A stretch of 63,051 nt of DNA, counting the filler, from Octopus bimaculoides (lineage: Eukaryota), in assembly GCF_001194135.2 (NCBI RefSeq). It is 5 parts of 4 records of this genome, joined end to end, with 100 filler letters (N's around TTAATTAATTAA, not from the genome) between each part and the next. Parts side by side here need not be neighbours in the genome. Positions count along the whole stretch, not along the records: positions 44,310 to 63,051 come from NC_068989.1; 4 more parts are not named here. One strand, written 5' to 3'. Of the stretch, positions 51,910-63,051 are shown one piece after another. Below the pieces are notes generated by a model. The model was not told the DNA's origin. It did no database searches and saw only the letters and a program-made list of their open reading frames with translations. Position 1 is the first letter of the stretch, and every line of letters begins with the position of its first letter. The position numbers and the translations under genes are program-made.

Positions 51910-53415
51910 CTTGTTGGCTGTGAACCTATTGTATATTATGTTCCCGTGGTTCTAAATTTCCTCTCATTGAAATTCTTTTTTCGGGCGTTAAACTTGTTTG
52001 GGAGTTTCTAGTTAAAGAAAATTTTGTTGTAAGTCTATGTGAATTATTTAATGCAGTTTTGAAGTGTCAAGGTGATTAAACAAACATTTCGTTTTAAATA
52101 TCATGATATCTTTTATCAGGATGTGTGNNNNNNNNNNNNNNNNNNNNNNNNNNNNNNNNNNNNNNNNNNNNNNNNNNNNNNNNNNNNNNNNNNNNNNNNN
52201 NNNNNNNNNNNNNNNNNNNNNNNNNNNNNNNNNNNNNNNNNNNNNNNNNNNNNNNNNNNNNNNNNNNNNNNNNNNNNNNNNNNNNNNNNNNNNNNNNNNN
52301 NNNNNNNNNNNNNNNNNNNNNNNNNNNNNNNNNNNNNNNNNNNNNNNNNNNNNNNNNNNNNNNNNNNNNNNNNNNNNNNNNNNNNNNNNNNNNNNNNNNN
52401 NNNNNNNNNNNNNNNNNNNNNNNNNNNNNNNNNNNNNNNNNNNNNNNNNNNNNNNNNNNNNNNNNNNNNNNNNNNNNNNNNNNNNNNNNNNNNNNNNNNN
52501 NNNNNNNNNNNNNNNNNNNNNNNNNNNNNNNNNNNNNNNNNNNNNNNNNNNNNNNNNNNNNNNNNNNNNNNNNNNNNNNNNNNNNNNNNNNNNNNNNNNN
52601 NNNNNNNNNNNNNNNNNNNNNNNNNNNNNNNNNNNNNNNNNNNNNNNNNNNNNNNNNNNNNNNNNNNNNNNNNNNNNNNNNNNNNNNNNNNNNNNNNNNN
52701 NNNNNNNNNNNNNNNNNNNNNNNNNNNNNNNNNNNNNNNNNNNNNNNNNNNNNNNNNNNNNNNNNNNNNNNNNNNNNNNNNNNNNNNNNNNNNNNNNNNN
52801 NNNNNNNNNNNNNNNNNNNNNNNNNNNNNNNNNNNNNNNNNNNNNNNNNNNNNNNNNNNNNNNNNNNNNNNNNNNNNNNNNNNNNNNNNNNNNNNNNNNN
52901 NNNNNNNNNNNNNNNNNNNNNNNNNNNNNNNNNNNNNNNNNNNNNNNNNNNNNNNNNNNNNNNNNNNNNNNNNNNGGGGGGTTTCATATAGCTAGGACTC
53001 TAAATTCAATAATGCCTAAGTGTACCTAAATTTAAACTGGAGTTGCAACGTAGAAACATCTCATTGCTATAAGCAGCAGCTAAAAACAGTAAAAATTGGG
53101 AAAACTTCGTTAACGTCTATATTAAATTCCAGCATTGGCACGAAACCACATACCTCATGACGGGGGGTGGAGGGTAGGTAGCGTATAGTCGATTAATGGT
53201 CCCAGTAATTGATTTTCTCGGCCTTATAAGGATCAGAGGCAAAGGTTAAACAAAGAATATAAAGAGATTAAATAATTATAGACGCTGAGTGAAACTCTTC
53301 TCGAAGGTGGTGCATAGGTATGATGAGACCCTAGATGATATACCTTAGATATACATTATATGAAGAAGAGACCGTTAGTGGTAGCCTTGTTGTCGTCTGT
53401 GTTACCTTTGACAAC

Positions 53416-53468
53416 GTCAGTGGTACCCCAGCCACCATCAGTGGTACCCCAGCCACCATCAGTGGTAT
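53416..53468. repeat. 21-bp tandem repeat x2.5
   Basis: TCAGTGGTACCCCAGCCACCA. Confidence 0.85.
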
Positions 53469-54712
53469 CCTTGCCATTCACAACGTTTATGATCTTCAGC
53501 ATCACCAATGCTTTTTGAGAAACTTTTTTTTTTTTTTACAAAATATCTAACATTCCTCCATTTTTGCTTATTCACTTTATTCTTCATTCCAAAACAGCTG
53601 ACTTTTTTTTTCTCTCTCTCTCTTTCTTCTCTTTATTCTCTTTCAGAATTTGATTTTATTCAATTTATGTTTTCCTCATTTTGGCTATTTTAAAAGAGTT
53701 ATTTTTAAAGAGAAAACGAACGAAAAGATCGATAAGTCACTAAATTTATTTTTCAAGTTTTTAGCTGGTAATCAATCTTTTGGGTCAGTGATAATAGGAA
53801 GAAATTAAGTTTTATCAACATTATTTGTTATAATTCTGATTTTTATAGATCACACTCACTTTTACAGCTCAGACAGTAGTGTTCCATCGTAAGCAGAATC
53901 AATATTTTTTAACACACGAACGAAAATAAGATGAGGAACATTAATGGGTCAAGTCGTCAGTGGTTTGTCTAATGTCGCCGTTGGTGCCTTGTTTCTGTGC
54001 CAAAGCACTTCACTCTCAACGGTCCAGTTCACGTCGCTGTGAGTAATTAATGTGTGGCCGTATAGCTTAATATTTTAAGCACTGATAAACGTTTAGAAAC
54101 GTTTTGTTAATTTGCAGTGGTTAGTTCAAGTTCTCCTGGAGGGTCTTGAAATCGTTTGCGGGTAAGCATATCAGTTTTTCATACCTTTGATGCATACTTA
54201 TATGGTAATCCTCTGAAATTGTAGACCAACAACCCAGAGCAGGGATTGACCGTAAGAGTATTGCTAAAATAATCTTAATTTCAAAAATCTTGCAGTAGAA
54301 TAGATGTGGCCACTGAGAGGGCAAAGTTTTAGCTTCTCCACTGAAGAATTGAGACTTTGTAACAAATGACACCGGTCCTGGGTGACTTTTCGTACTTGCT
54401 TTCCTTATTTGGAAAACGATAGTTTTGAGAAAAAGGTTTTCTCATCAAACCCGAAATTTTTACTGTTTTTACTCCTTATCAAGACAGAGAAAAAAAGAGA
54501 ATGCTGGAGTTTTTTGTCTTCTGTCTTTCATATTCTGCAATTTTTGGAGGAAGGGTGGTTGTGTCACTAAGAAGTTCGCTTCGTAATTATATGGTTTCGG
54601 GTTCAGTCTCACTCCGTGGCACCTTTTGGAGTAAGTGTCTCCAACTATATCCCTGGTCAAACTAAAGACGGACGTGGGAATTTAACAGAGAAACATTGAA
54701 CGGAAGCCTGTC

Positions 54713-54757
<45 letters not shown>

Positions 54758-57700
54758 TGTGTGTGCACGCGTTTCTGTGTGTGTGTACGCGCGTACATTT
54801 TTGTGCTTGTGTTTGTGTCTTATTGCAGAAAATCAGATTCAAAGATAAACACTAGGTTTAATTTAATCGATTAAACACTTCAAGGCAGCGCTCCAGTATG
54901 GCCGCAGTCCAATGACTGAAAAAGGTATGGGGGAAAAGCAATTACATTTACATTACATTTCGCAATTACTATTTCTTCTCAAATTAGTTACTGTTACCGA
55001 AATAGGCCCTGGATTCCTCGGCTTCTGGTTTTTGTTTTATTGATTTTTGCCATCCACTTAAATCCTCAGATTTACAGAGGAGATAAAATGAATTAGAATG
55101 ATATTCGAGTCTTTTAATGAGGAATTAATAGCGTATGAGAAGTTAAATGATTGCAACAGACAATCAAATTAGATTTTTTTTTTTTATATAATTCCTGAAA
55201 GGAAAGATATGTTCGGCCAAATAAGGGGTTTCAACGAGCCTTGGTTAATCAGCATTGTTTCTTTGCATTGTTTTTATTTCTCCTTTTCTTAAAACATGAA
55301 ATAATGGACCTTCATAGTTATGATGTTGAGCCTTTCCCAAATCCATTAGGGGCTTAAATGAAGTTAAATGTCTTTCAAGCAGGAATCGAAAACTGCATAT
55401 CGGATGCAATTCGCTAAAAGCTTGCCTCTCGCTACAATGCCAGATCTTGTTATTTAGAACTTGATTATATAATGGTTAAAACTTCTTCAGTTATCAGATG
55501 CTCCATCACTCATCGTGATAATAATGTTTCAACACTTAATGAGAACTTGTGAAAACTGCAATTTCCTATAAAATGCTTTTAATACAAAACTATATTGTTG
55601 GTTATCATAATCAGCATCAGTTTGTGAGAGAAAGAGAGTGTGTGTGTATGTGTGTGTGTAGTTGTATGTGTGGGGGTGTTATGCGCGTGTGTATGTGTGT
55701 GTGTAGTTGTATGTGTGGGGGTGTTGTGCGTGTGTGTATGTGTGTGTGTGTGTGGTTGTATGTGGGGATGCTGTGTGTGTGTGTACTGCTCACTGCTCAG
55801 TCTTGCCAAGAGCACAAAGTACTTTTTGGAAGAGTCTAAAAGACTGAGAAGTGTTTGATTCCTTCATTAGTTCACATTAAAGACATGATCAAGCCCCTAT
55901 TTTTTCGCAGAAATTTCTTTATTAATCCTACATTATTAATCTATTCTCCTTTTCAGGTTTTAAGCAACCTCTACGGGGGAACTTTTATCTCTTAATTCCT
56001 CCAAGAATCGAAATCTTTCAACTCCTTGTTAATATTGAAGCCTACGATGATGTCTCACTTTATTATTTCTGTGAAACACTTCCACCGAGCTAATACGAAT
56101 AATGGTTCATATTTTCATCTTTTATCGGGAGGGAAGACTTCCCACGACCTTTTACAAAGCCTCTCAGATCTGTGGCAGTGAAGAAGTTATCTTCAAACTG
56201 AAGACTAATTCTAATTCTTGCAACACAGTAGACTTTGTTAAGGTACCCAATATGCCATAATGGAGTCTACTCTGTTGCCAGGAGGTGGTGCTAAACCAAA
56301 CGACAAATTACGTTTACTTCCCATGAATTCTTGTTGTTATACTCCGAAGTACTTAAAGGACCCGAACAAATATCACAAAATATCCTACCCTACCCATCTA
56401 TAACTTCCAGTAAGCCATTTCCTGGGTTAGTATTTTTTATCGAACCTGAAAAGAAGAAAGGCGAAGTTGGGATTTGAACACAGAACGCATGGCAGTAGTT
56501 TCGACACTCTAGCGACTCGGCTGTCGCCGCCTTAGAGTAATTATGAAAAATTAAACTATACACACTGATTGTAACAAGTACAACCCTAAAGTCGAATCTG
56601 CTATACTACGACTGCTATTAATTCTCACCAAAATTCTTCATGAACTTGAAAAAGAATATTGATTTCTCCTGACTAAACAGCTAAACACGAGACTTATATC
56701 GAAAATGAAAAGCGAAAATCGATTGATTGGATTCGATGTATTGTTGATGCAGGTACTTACTTGTTTTGCTGATCCTGGATAAATGAAAGGCAAAATCGAC
56801 GGCGAGGTTATTTGAACGAAGAATTCATTGATGAGGAAGGAAACAAACTAAAATAAATTATTTAATCCTGACCAGCATCATCTTTGGCCAACTCCACCAC
56901 TTGTTTACATACATACATACATACATACATGCATACATACATACATAGGCACATACATAGATATACATACATACATACATACATACATACCACAACCTTT
57001 GTAAAAGACTTTAGAGACTGCAATAACATTACCGGGAGTCTCCTTAGAATAATTGCGGAAATTAGAAGAATAGTGCAAATGATTTGTTTCTGACTTGCTA
57101 TTTGTATTTATAACATGAAAGCAAATCATTTTGAGTCTGGGGAATAGAAACGCTAGGCACAAAATTGCAGATGAGCACAAACTACAGCTTAGATTGCTAG
57201 ATTGATCCGCGGATCAAAACCCCTAACTGTGAAGGCCGTAATGTAATGTTGTTGTTCAATAACTGTAAAACTGTCTTGAGATATTGGAATATCGAGTTAG
57301 AAGTCAGGGAGAAATTGAAATCTACAGTGATTCGACTTGGGAAATGAATTATTTCTGAAATATTAGGGAAAGCTAGCATAATTGAAACACTATCGGTATT
57401 ATATGAGCTAATTTCGCCCTGAAATATATTTCAGAAATAGTAACTTAGTGCCAAGAAAGTTATTTCCTAGAAATTTGTGACGCACAAGTATAGGAATTCG
57501 TAATATAGAATCAAGAAGACTAAAGGCAAGAATGACTGGAGAATTAACGGTAATAAAACTAGAATGGAAATAAATATACATATAATTGAAGAAATAAAGA
57601 TAAAAAGACATCGAAAGAAGAGATTTCTTTAGTAATAATAATAAAAAGAAACAGAAAGGAAAACACATGGTTGAATTTACGAAGAAAGACAGTTAACTAT

Positions 57701-58197
57701 AAAATATGGTTATCATAAAAAATGAATAGCAATATTCCCCCGAAAATATAATAAATAAAATGTGTTTGTTTTTCTTTTTTTATTTTATCTGTTTTCCTAT
57801 TATTGAAGTATTCAATCATTTATAATAAAAGATGGAAAAAACAATTTGTGAAATACATTTAACTGTACACTTCCTCCTCTAATCACCGCCACCGCCGACC
57901 GGCTTCTTTAAAAAAAAGACAACGAAAAGAAAAGAAGTTTCTAGAATATTTCCAGACGGTTTCTTATTTAACACTCCTGTTTCTAGTCAAACAACTGCGT
58001 GTTTAGCTATAAATCAAACCCAGAGCCACTAACCTAATCAGTGATTGGTATACTTGTTTACATGGCCAGTTGGTGGTGGGAAAACATGGGGCTTTCTTAT
58101 ATCGCAGCCCTTTAACAAAACCCAATCGAGAAACTCATCGTAGAAGCAGAAAAACGAGGTTCTACAAAGCTTAAGGAGTTTGTTTGTTTTCTTCAGG

Positions 58198-58510
58198 CAG
58201 TGTTTCTCAACCAGGGTCTATATGGCCCTTGGGGATCCACATGACCCTTGGAGGTCCACATGGCACTTGATGGTTCACATGGCACTTGGGGGTCCCTATA
58301 AGATTTTGTTGTTAAGATTTTTCTGCAATGAATTGATTATACTTTTGCAAATGCACCAAATATTTTGACAATTTTTTAATACAATTCCTAAAAACATTTA
58401 AATATAAAAATATATGGGGTTTTTTAACGCCGACTGTTTATTAGGGTTCAGTAGGGCAAAATAGGAAATAAAAGGGTCGATAAATAAAAAAAAATGGCTG
58501 AGAAACGTTG
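58198..58510. mobile_element. hAT/Charlie-type MITE with an internal ~20-bp subterminal array
   Basis: TIR CAGTGTTTCTCAACC / GGCTGAGAAACGTTG; repeated (G/T)TCCACATG(G/A)C(A/C)CTTG units at 58215-58290. Confidence 0.7.
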
Positions 58511-58572
58511 TTTTAAGGTGAAAGAGAGATCAAATGTTTTTTCTTATGATACGTTTCTATTTTATTGAAACG

Positions 58573-58955
58573 GTGTGGAGGTGCAATGGCCCAGTGGTTA
58601 GGGCAGCGGACTCGCGGTCGAGGGATTGCGGTTTCGATTCCTAGACCGGGCGTTGAGAGTGTTTATTGAGCGAAAACACCTAAAGCTCCACGGGGCTCTG
58701 ACAGTGGGGGTGGCGAACTCTGCTGTACTCTTTCACTACAACTTTCTCTCACTCTTTCTTCCTGTTTCTGTTGTACCTGTATTTCAAAGGGCCTGCCTTG
58801 TCGCACTCTTTGTCACGCTGAATATCCCCGAGAACTTCGTTAAGGGTACATGTGTCTGTGGGTTGCTCGGCCACTTGCACGTTAATTTCACGGGCAGGCT
58901 GTTCCGTTGATCGGATCAACTGGAACCCTCGTCGTTGTAACCGACGGAGTGCCAC
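58573..58955 (+). mobile_element. tRNA-derived SINE, family C; full length
   Basis: GTGTGGAGGTGCAATGGCCCAGTGGTTAGGGCAGCGGACTC...GGTTTCGATTCC (A and B boxes); tail ...ACCGACGGAGTGCCAC. Confidence 0.85.
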
Positions 58956-59769
58956 GATTGAACCGGTGGAAAGCAGGAATAAAACCACTGAAGAAATTTC
59001 AAGATTTAATTGTTTGTGTTTTTGTTTTTTTCTTTGGTCAAAGGTGCTGGCATGGTGGTGCGGTAAGAAGTTTGTTTCTTAACCCCATGGTTCTGGGTTC
59101 AGTCCCAATGTGTGGCAAGTGTCTTCTACAATAGCCTCGGACCGATCAAAGCCTGTGAATTGATTTAGTAGACGGAAACTGAAAGAATCCTGTCGTACAT
59201 GCGTTCCTGTGTGTCTTTGTGTTTATGTTTGCCCCTACTACCAGTTGACAACCAGTGTTGGTATGTTTACGTCCCTGTAACACAGCGGTTCGACAAAAGA
59301 AACCGACAGGATAAGTACCTGGTTTTAAAATAAGTTCTAGGGTCGATTTGTTCGACTCTTCAAAGCGTTGCCCCAGCATGGCCGCAGTCAATTGACTGAA
59401 ACAACTAAAAGAATAACTGTTGTGTTTTGAACAATATGAAGATGCAACGGCAGACGTGGTTGTGTCGTGAAGGAATTCCCCTCCCATCCTGAAATTCCAG
59501 GTTTCTGCTGCCTGGCATTTTGGGTAGGTGTCCTCTAGTCATTGGTTGTCTAGTATCGGATGAATGGAAACAGTGCTGAACCCTGCTGCTTTGGTTACAT
59601 GTTTCCAACCGATCATTACTTCAATCTATGTCTGGTGATGTGAGTGACAAAGAAACATTCGTAATTTGACTCAGAAGCGCCAAGGAATTCATTCGGAAAG
59701 AAGCGTTTGCTTTTCTTCCTCTGCTTTGCTTGCCGATGTATACAATTGCCAAACGCACTCACACGCACG

Positions 59770-59819
<50 letters not shown>

Positions 59820-61123
59820 CATGTGGTCTGTGTGTGTTTATTTTATGTACACGTCAACGCAGAAGACCGGAAATACCAATGCTTTTAGAAGAAATTCACT
59901 TGTAATATTTGCTCTGTGTCAACTTACAGACACTCCCTTATCACTCTTGCGGGGCATCAGTGATTGACCTCTTGGCAATCATGATAACCAACGATGCAAT
60001 TGGTCGCCAATTGCCGTATAAATTGAATTTCGATTATTTTTTTACGTAAGTGTAGAAGTTGTTCTTGGTACACGTCACATCTGATCAGGAGATATTTATG
60101 ATGAAAGACATTCCGATCGTGACTATCCCGTCCTTTTAAGAGCTTCTAAAATTACTCTATCAAATGTACGCTTTTTTTCCAGAACAGTAGAATGTGATAC
60201 AAAAGGGATTTGGTTACTATTTACAGCAGATCGAATGATTTAAACTTTGCATTTAATGACAAGATGCACTTTCTTTCACATAAAATGTCTGAAAAATCCC
60301 CACCGGGGCCTATATGCGAGGTTGATCCTTCGATAAGCTTTAATGCATTAAAATCCTTTTTTTTGTTCTTCCTGAATATGCGCTGCTGAAATTGGAGCGC
60401 ATTCAAAATGCCTGGGAGTCTTTTATGCCATCAAATACGGTAAATTCTTAGCGTATTGATCTGCTATGAACTGGATCATTCTAGAAAGAGGAGGAATCAG
60501 ATAGAGTACTTTCTATTTTAGAAGTAGAAGATATGGGAAGTTATGAATTCCTTGTTTCCCGTAAATTCCATGTTGTCAGGAATTATGAAGGCATCGAGCC
60601 GGCAGAGTCGTTCGCATGCCGAGCGAAATGGTAAACGGCATTGCGTCCGTCTTTACGTTCTGAGTTCAAACCCCGCCGTTGTCGACTTTGCCTTTCATCC
60701 TTTCGAGGTCGATTAAAATAAGTACCAGTTGTGCACTGGTGTCGATGTAATCGATGTACACCTTCCTCCGACATTGCTGGCCTTGTGCCAACATTTGAAA
60801 CCAATGTATGAGAAACGGTAACAGGTAGCAGATAAAGTGAATTTATAGCAATCTGTGATACAGAAATGTTGTGAATTATAGAGAATGGAATTCCATCCGT
60901 CGATAATCGAACAATGAATCGCAGTTTGGATTAGCCAGGAGAAAATCTTTTGAAATGCCAAAGGCAAGCGGTCAAATGGCTAAGGGTATTTGGTTCACTA
61001 TCCTAATATTATGGGTTCAATTCATGGACCGAGTGGCGCATTGTGTCCTTGGACAAGACACTTCATTCCACGTTGATCCAGTCTACTCAGATGAACAGAA
61101 GTTCCAGCTGAAAACCAATGCTG

Positions 61124-61191
<68 letters not shown>

Positions 61192-63000
61192 CTAGTTATC
61201 ACATTTTCGATATTCCGCTGCTTCAAAAGGGTGGGAGTGTCGAGGGGATAACAATACTGATGACTTCACAGGCACCTAAAACAACTAGAGAAAGTATGGT
61301 ACATGCTGCCAAGCCATACCCGTTCGCGATTGGCTGTGGACTCTCTTTAATCTATCATCTGAATCCAATTCTGTATCCTGTTGGTTTGCTCTTTGCTCCG
61401 CATCAGTGCTGCTCGACCCTTTAGAGCGTCTCCTTTCACGGAATGGCGTTTTACAAACACCCCTCTCCCATATTTGCAAAAGAGAAAACAAAAAAAAAAA
61501 GTTTATTCTTATCAAAGTGGGAATTAATTTGTGTTGTGATTTATCATCGTTCATGTTTCTGTTCACCGATGTCACATTTTACCCATAATTTCAAACGATA
61601 AAGATATTAAAAAATTTGAATGTGTTTTAAACTATAAATATTTTGCATTCATTGAGTACTTTATTTCTAAGAACAATTACGACCCTTTTAAACACCCAGT
61701 TTCTCCTATTACACCCAGGTGGAGTTTTCTGCACCCCGTACGAGCTCACACAATGGCCCTTCTCTCCGTCACAAGAAGACATTATCAACCAGTTCGAGAA
61801 AAAACTGCTCTACATAATGCTCCGTCACGAATTCTTACTTTTTATCTTCTACTTGTTTCTGTCATTGGACAACTGCCATGCTGGGGCATCACCTCGAGGG
61901 ATTTATTAGAACATTTTGGCCCCAGTACCATACTCTTTTCTCTTTTGCTGAACCACTAAATTATGGGGGTGTAAACAAACCAACACCAGTTCTCTACCAG
62001 GGGGCGCATACACAAGCACAAATACACACACATATATTGATATATATGCGACGTACCTCCACAGCTTCTGTCTACCAGATTCGCTCACAAATTGACCCAG
62101 GGCTATAGTAGAAGACATCAGATCGCGATGCCACGCAGCGAGGTTGAACCCCAAACGTCGTGGTCGCAAAGCGAGTTTCTTAACCCCGTAGTCATGCTTG
62201 TGTCCATGTCCACAAGTCACCCGACACTAAATCAAAATTCCATAAATACTTGATCTTCAATTTTATTTATTCATTCCAATGTTTAATATTTTGAATGTTG
62301 TGAGTTAAAAATCAACGTTACCACCCCACCCTCCACCCCCGCTCCCAACATTTGTCAATTTATTAGCGAAGTCTCATAAAAAATTTTTTTTTTTTGTTTT
62401 AATCTTGAAATTAAATGGGCTTTGGTTTACTGTCAGGTAACTTTTGGCTAACCCTGTATATCCATGTCTAAAAGACGGTTAAGGCGATGACTGAAGTTGG
62501 CAGCAGTAAAAGATTGAACTGGATACGCTACTGTAACTCGTTTTGTTTTGCGTCTAATTCTTCCACATGAAAGTCCATTGCTGGTCGCTCAATAAAAAGA
62601 AAAAAAGAACAAAGTAAAGAAGAATTGTTTGTTCGATTCAATTGATAAAACTCCAACGAAAAATTCACTTGGAGCTTCTTCATAAAATTGTTTTTCGATT
62701 TTGTTATTTCCTTAACACGACTGGCGTTATTAGCATGTGACCTTGAATTTAATATCAACCTTTTCGGCAAGTGGGTGCTTAATCTGAAATCTGCAAGCCC
62801 TCCAGTGAAATCGAACTTCTAATAATTCCATTTTGAAGAACTGCTGTGAAAATTGATATAATTTTGAAGATCCACAATCTTGATAACTTCATTTGCGCAC
62901 CATTCCTCTCTCTTCTCGAGCTGTTCTCTCGTTTCTCGCAAACTCTCTCTATCTCTCTCCCTATCGTTCGTTTATCTTTTCATTCTATAGTTCTTATTCT

Positions 63001-63051
<51 letters not shown>

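Noticed and set aside
53360-53520. TTDGGWG repeat peptide on the minus strand
   Set aside because: Explained by a 21-bp tandem duplication; no splice signals or start context.
55957-56093. Terminal plus-strand exon GFKQPLRGNFYLL...LPPS* (and a similar strong acceptor at ~47278)
   Set aside because: Acceptor only; no compatible upstream exon and no recognisable homology.

Overview
AT-rich, microsatellite-dense eukaryotic DNA. The SINE families and simple-repeat density suggest an octopus genome; this is inference, not a database result. About a fifth of the window is N gaps. Four 100-bp spacers (44N-TTAATTAATTAA-44N) show it is five artificially joined scaffolds: 1-12708, 12809-22198, 22299-29286, 29387-44209 and 44310-63051. 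No long intact gene is present. Nearly all ORFs in the supplied track are microsatellite or N artefacts. Supported content: a decayed Penelope-like retroelement (RT thumb + GIY-YIG) with an inverted partial copy, a dead mariner transposase, an RTE-type LINE 3' fragment, many tRNA-derived SINEs of at least 4 families, and several MITE/non-autonomous DNA elements. There is also a CCAAT + RFX X-box promoter-like site and a tentative minus-strand exon chain at 2879-8919. The most interesting signal is a set of minimal type-I hammerhead-ribozyme folds in several unrelated short repeat families. One of these is a TSD-flanked element that fuses a tRNA-type Pol III promoter to a hammerhead-bearing tail and has a Penelope-style inverted end, i.e. 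a candidate Penelope-mobilised SINE/retrozyme hybrid.
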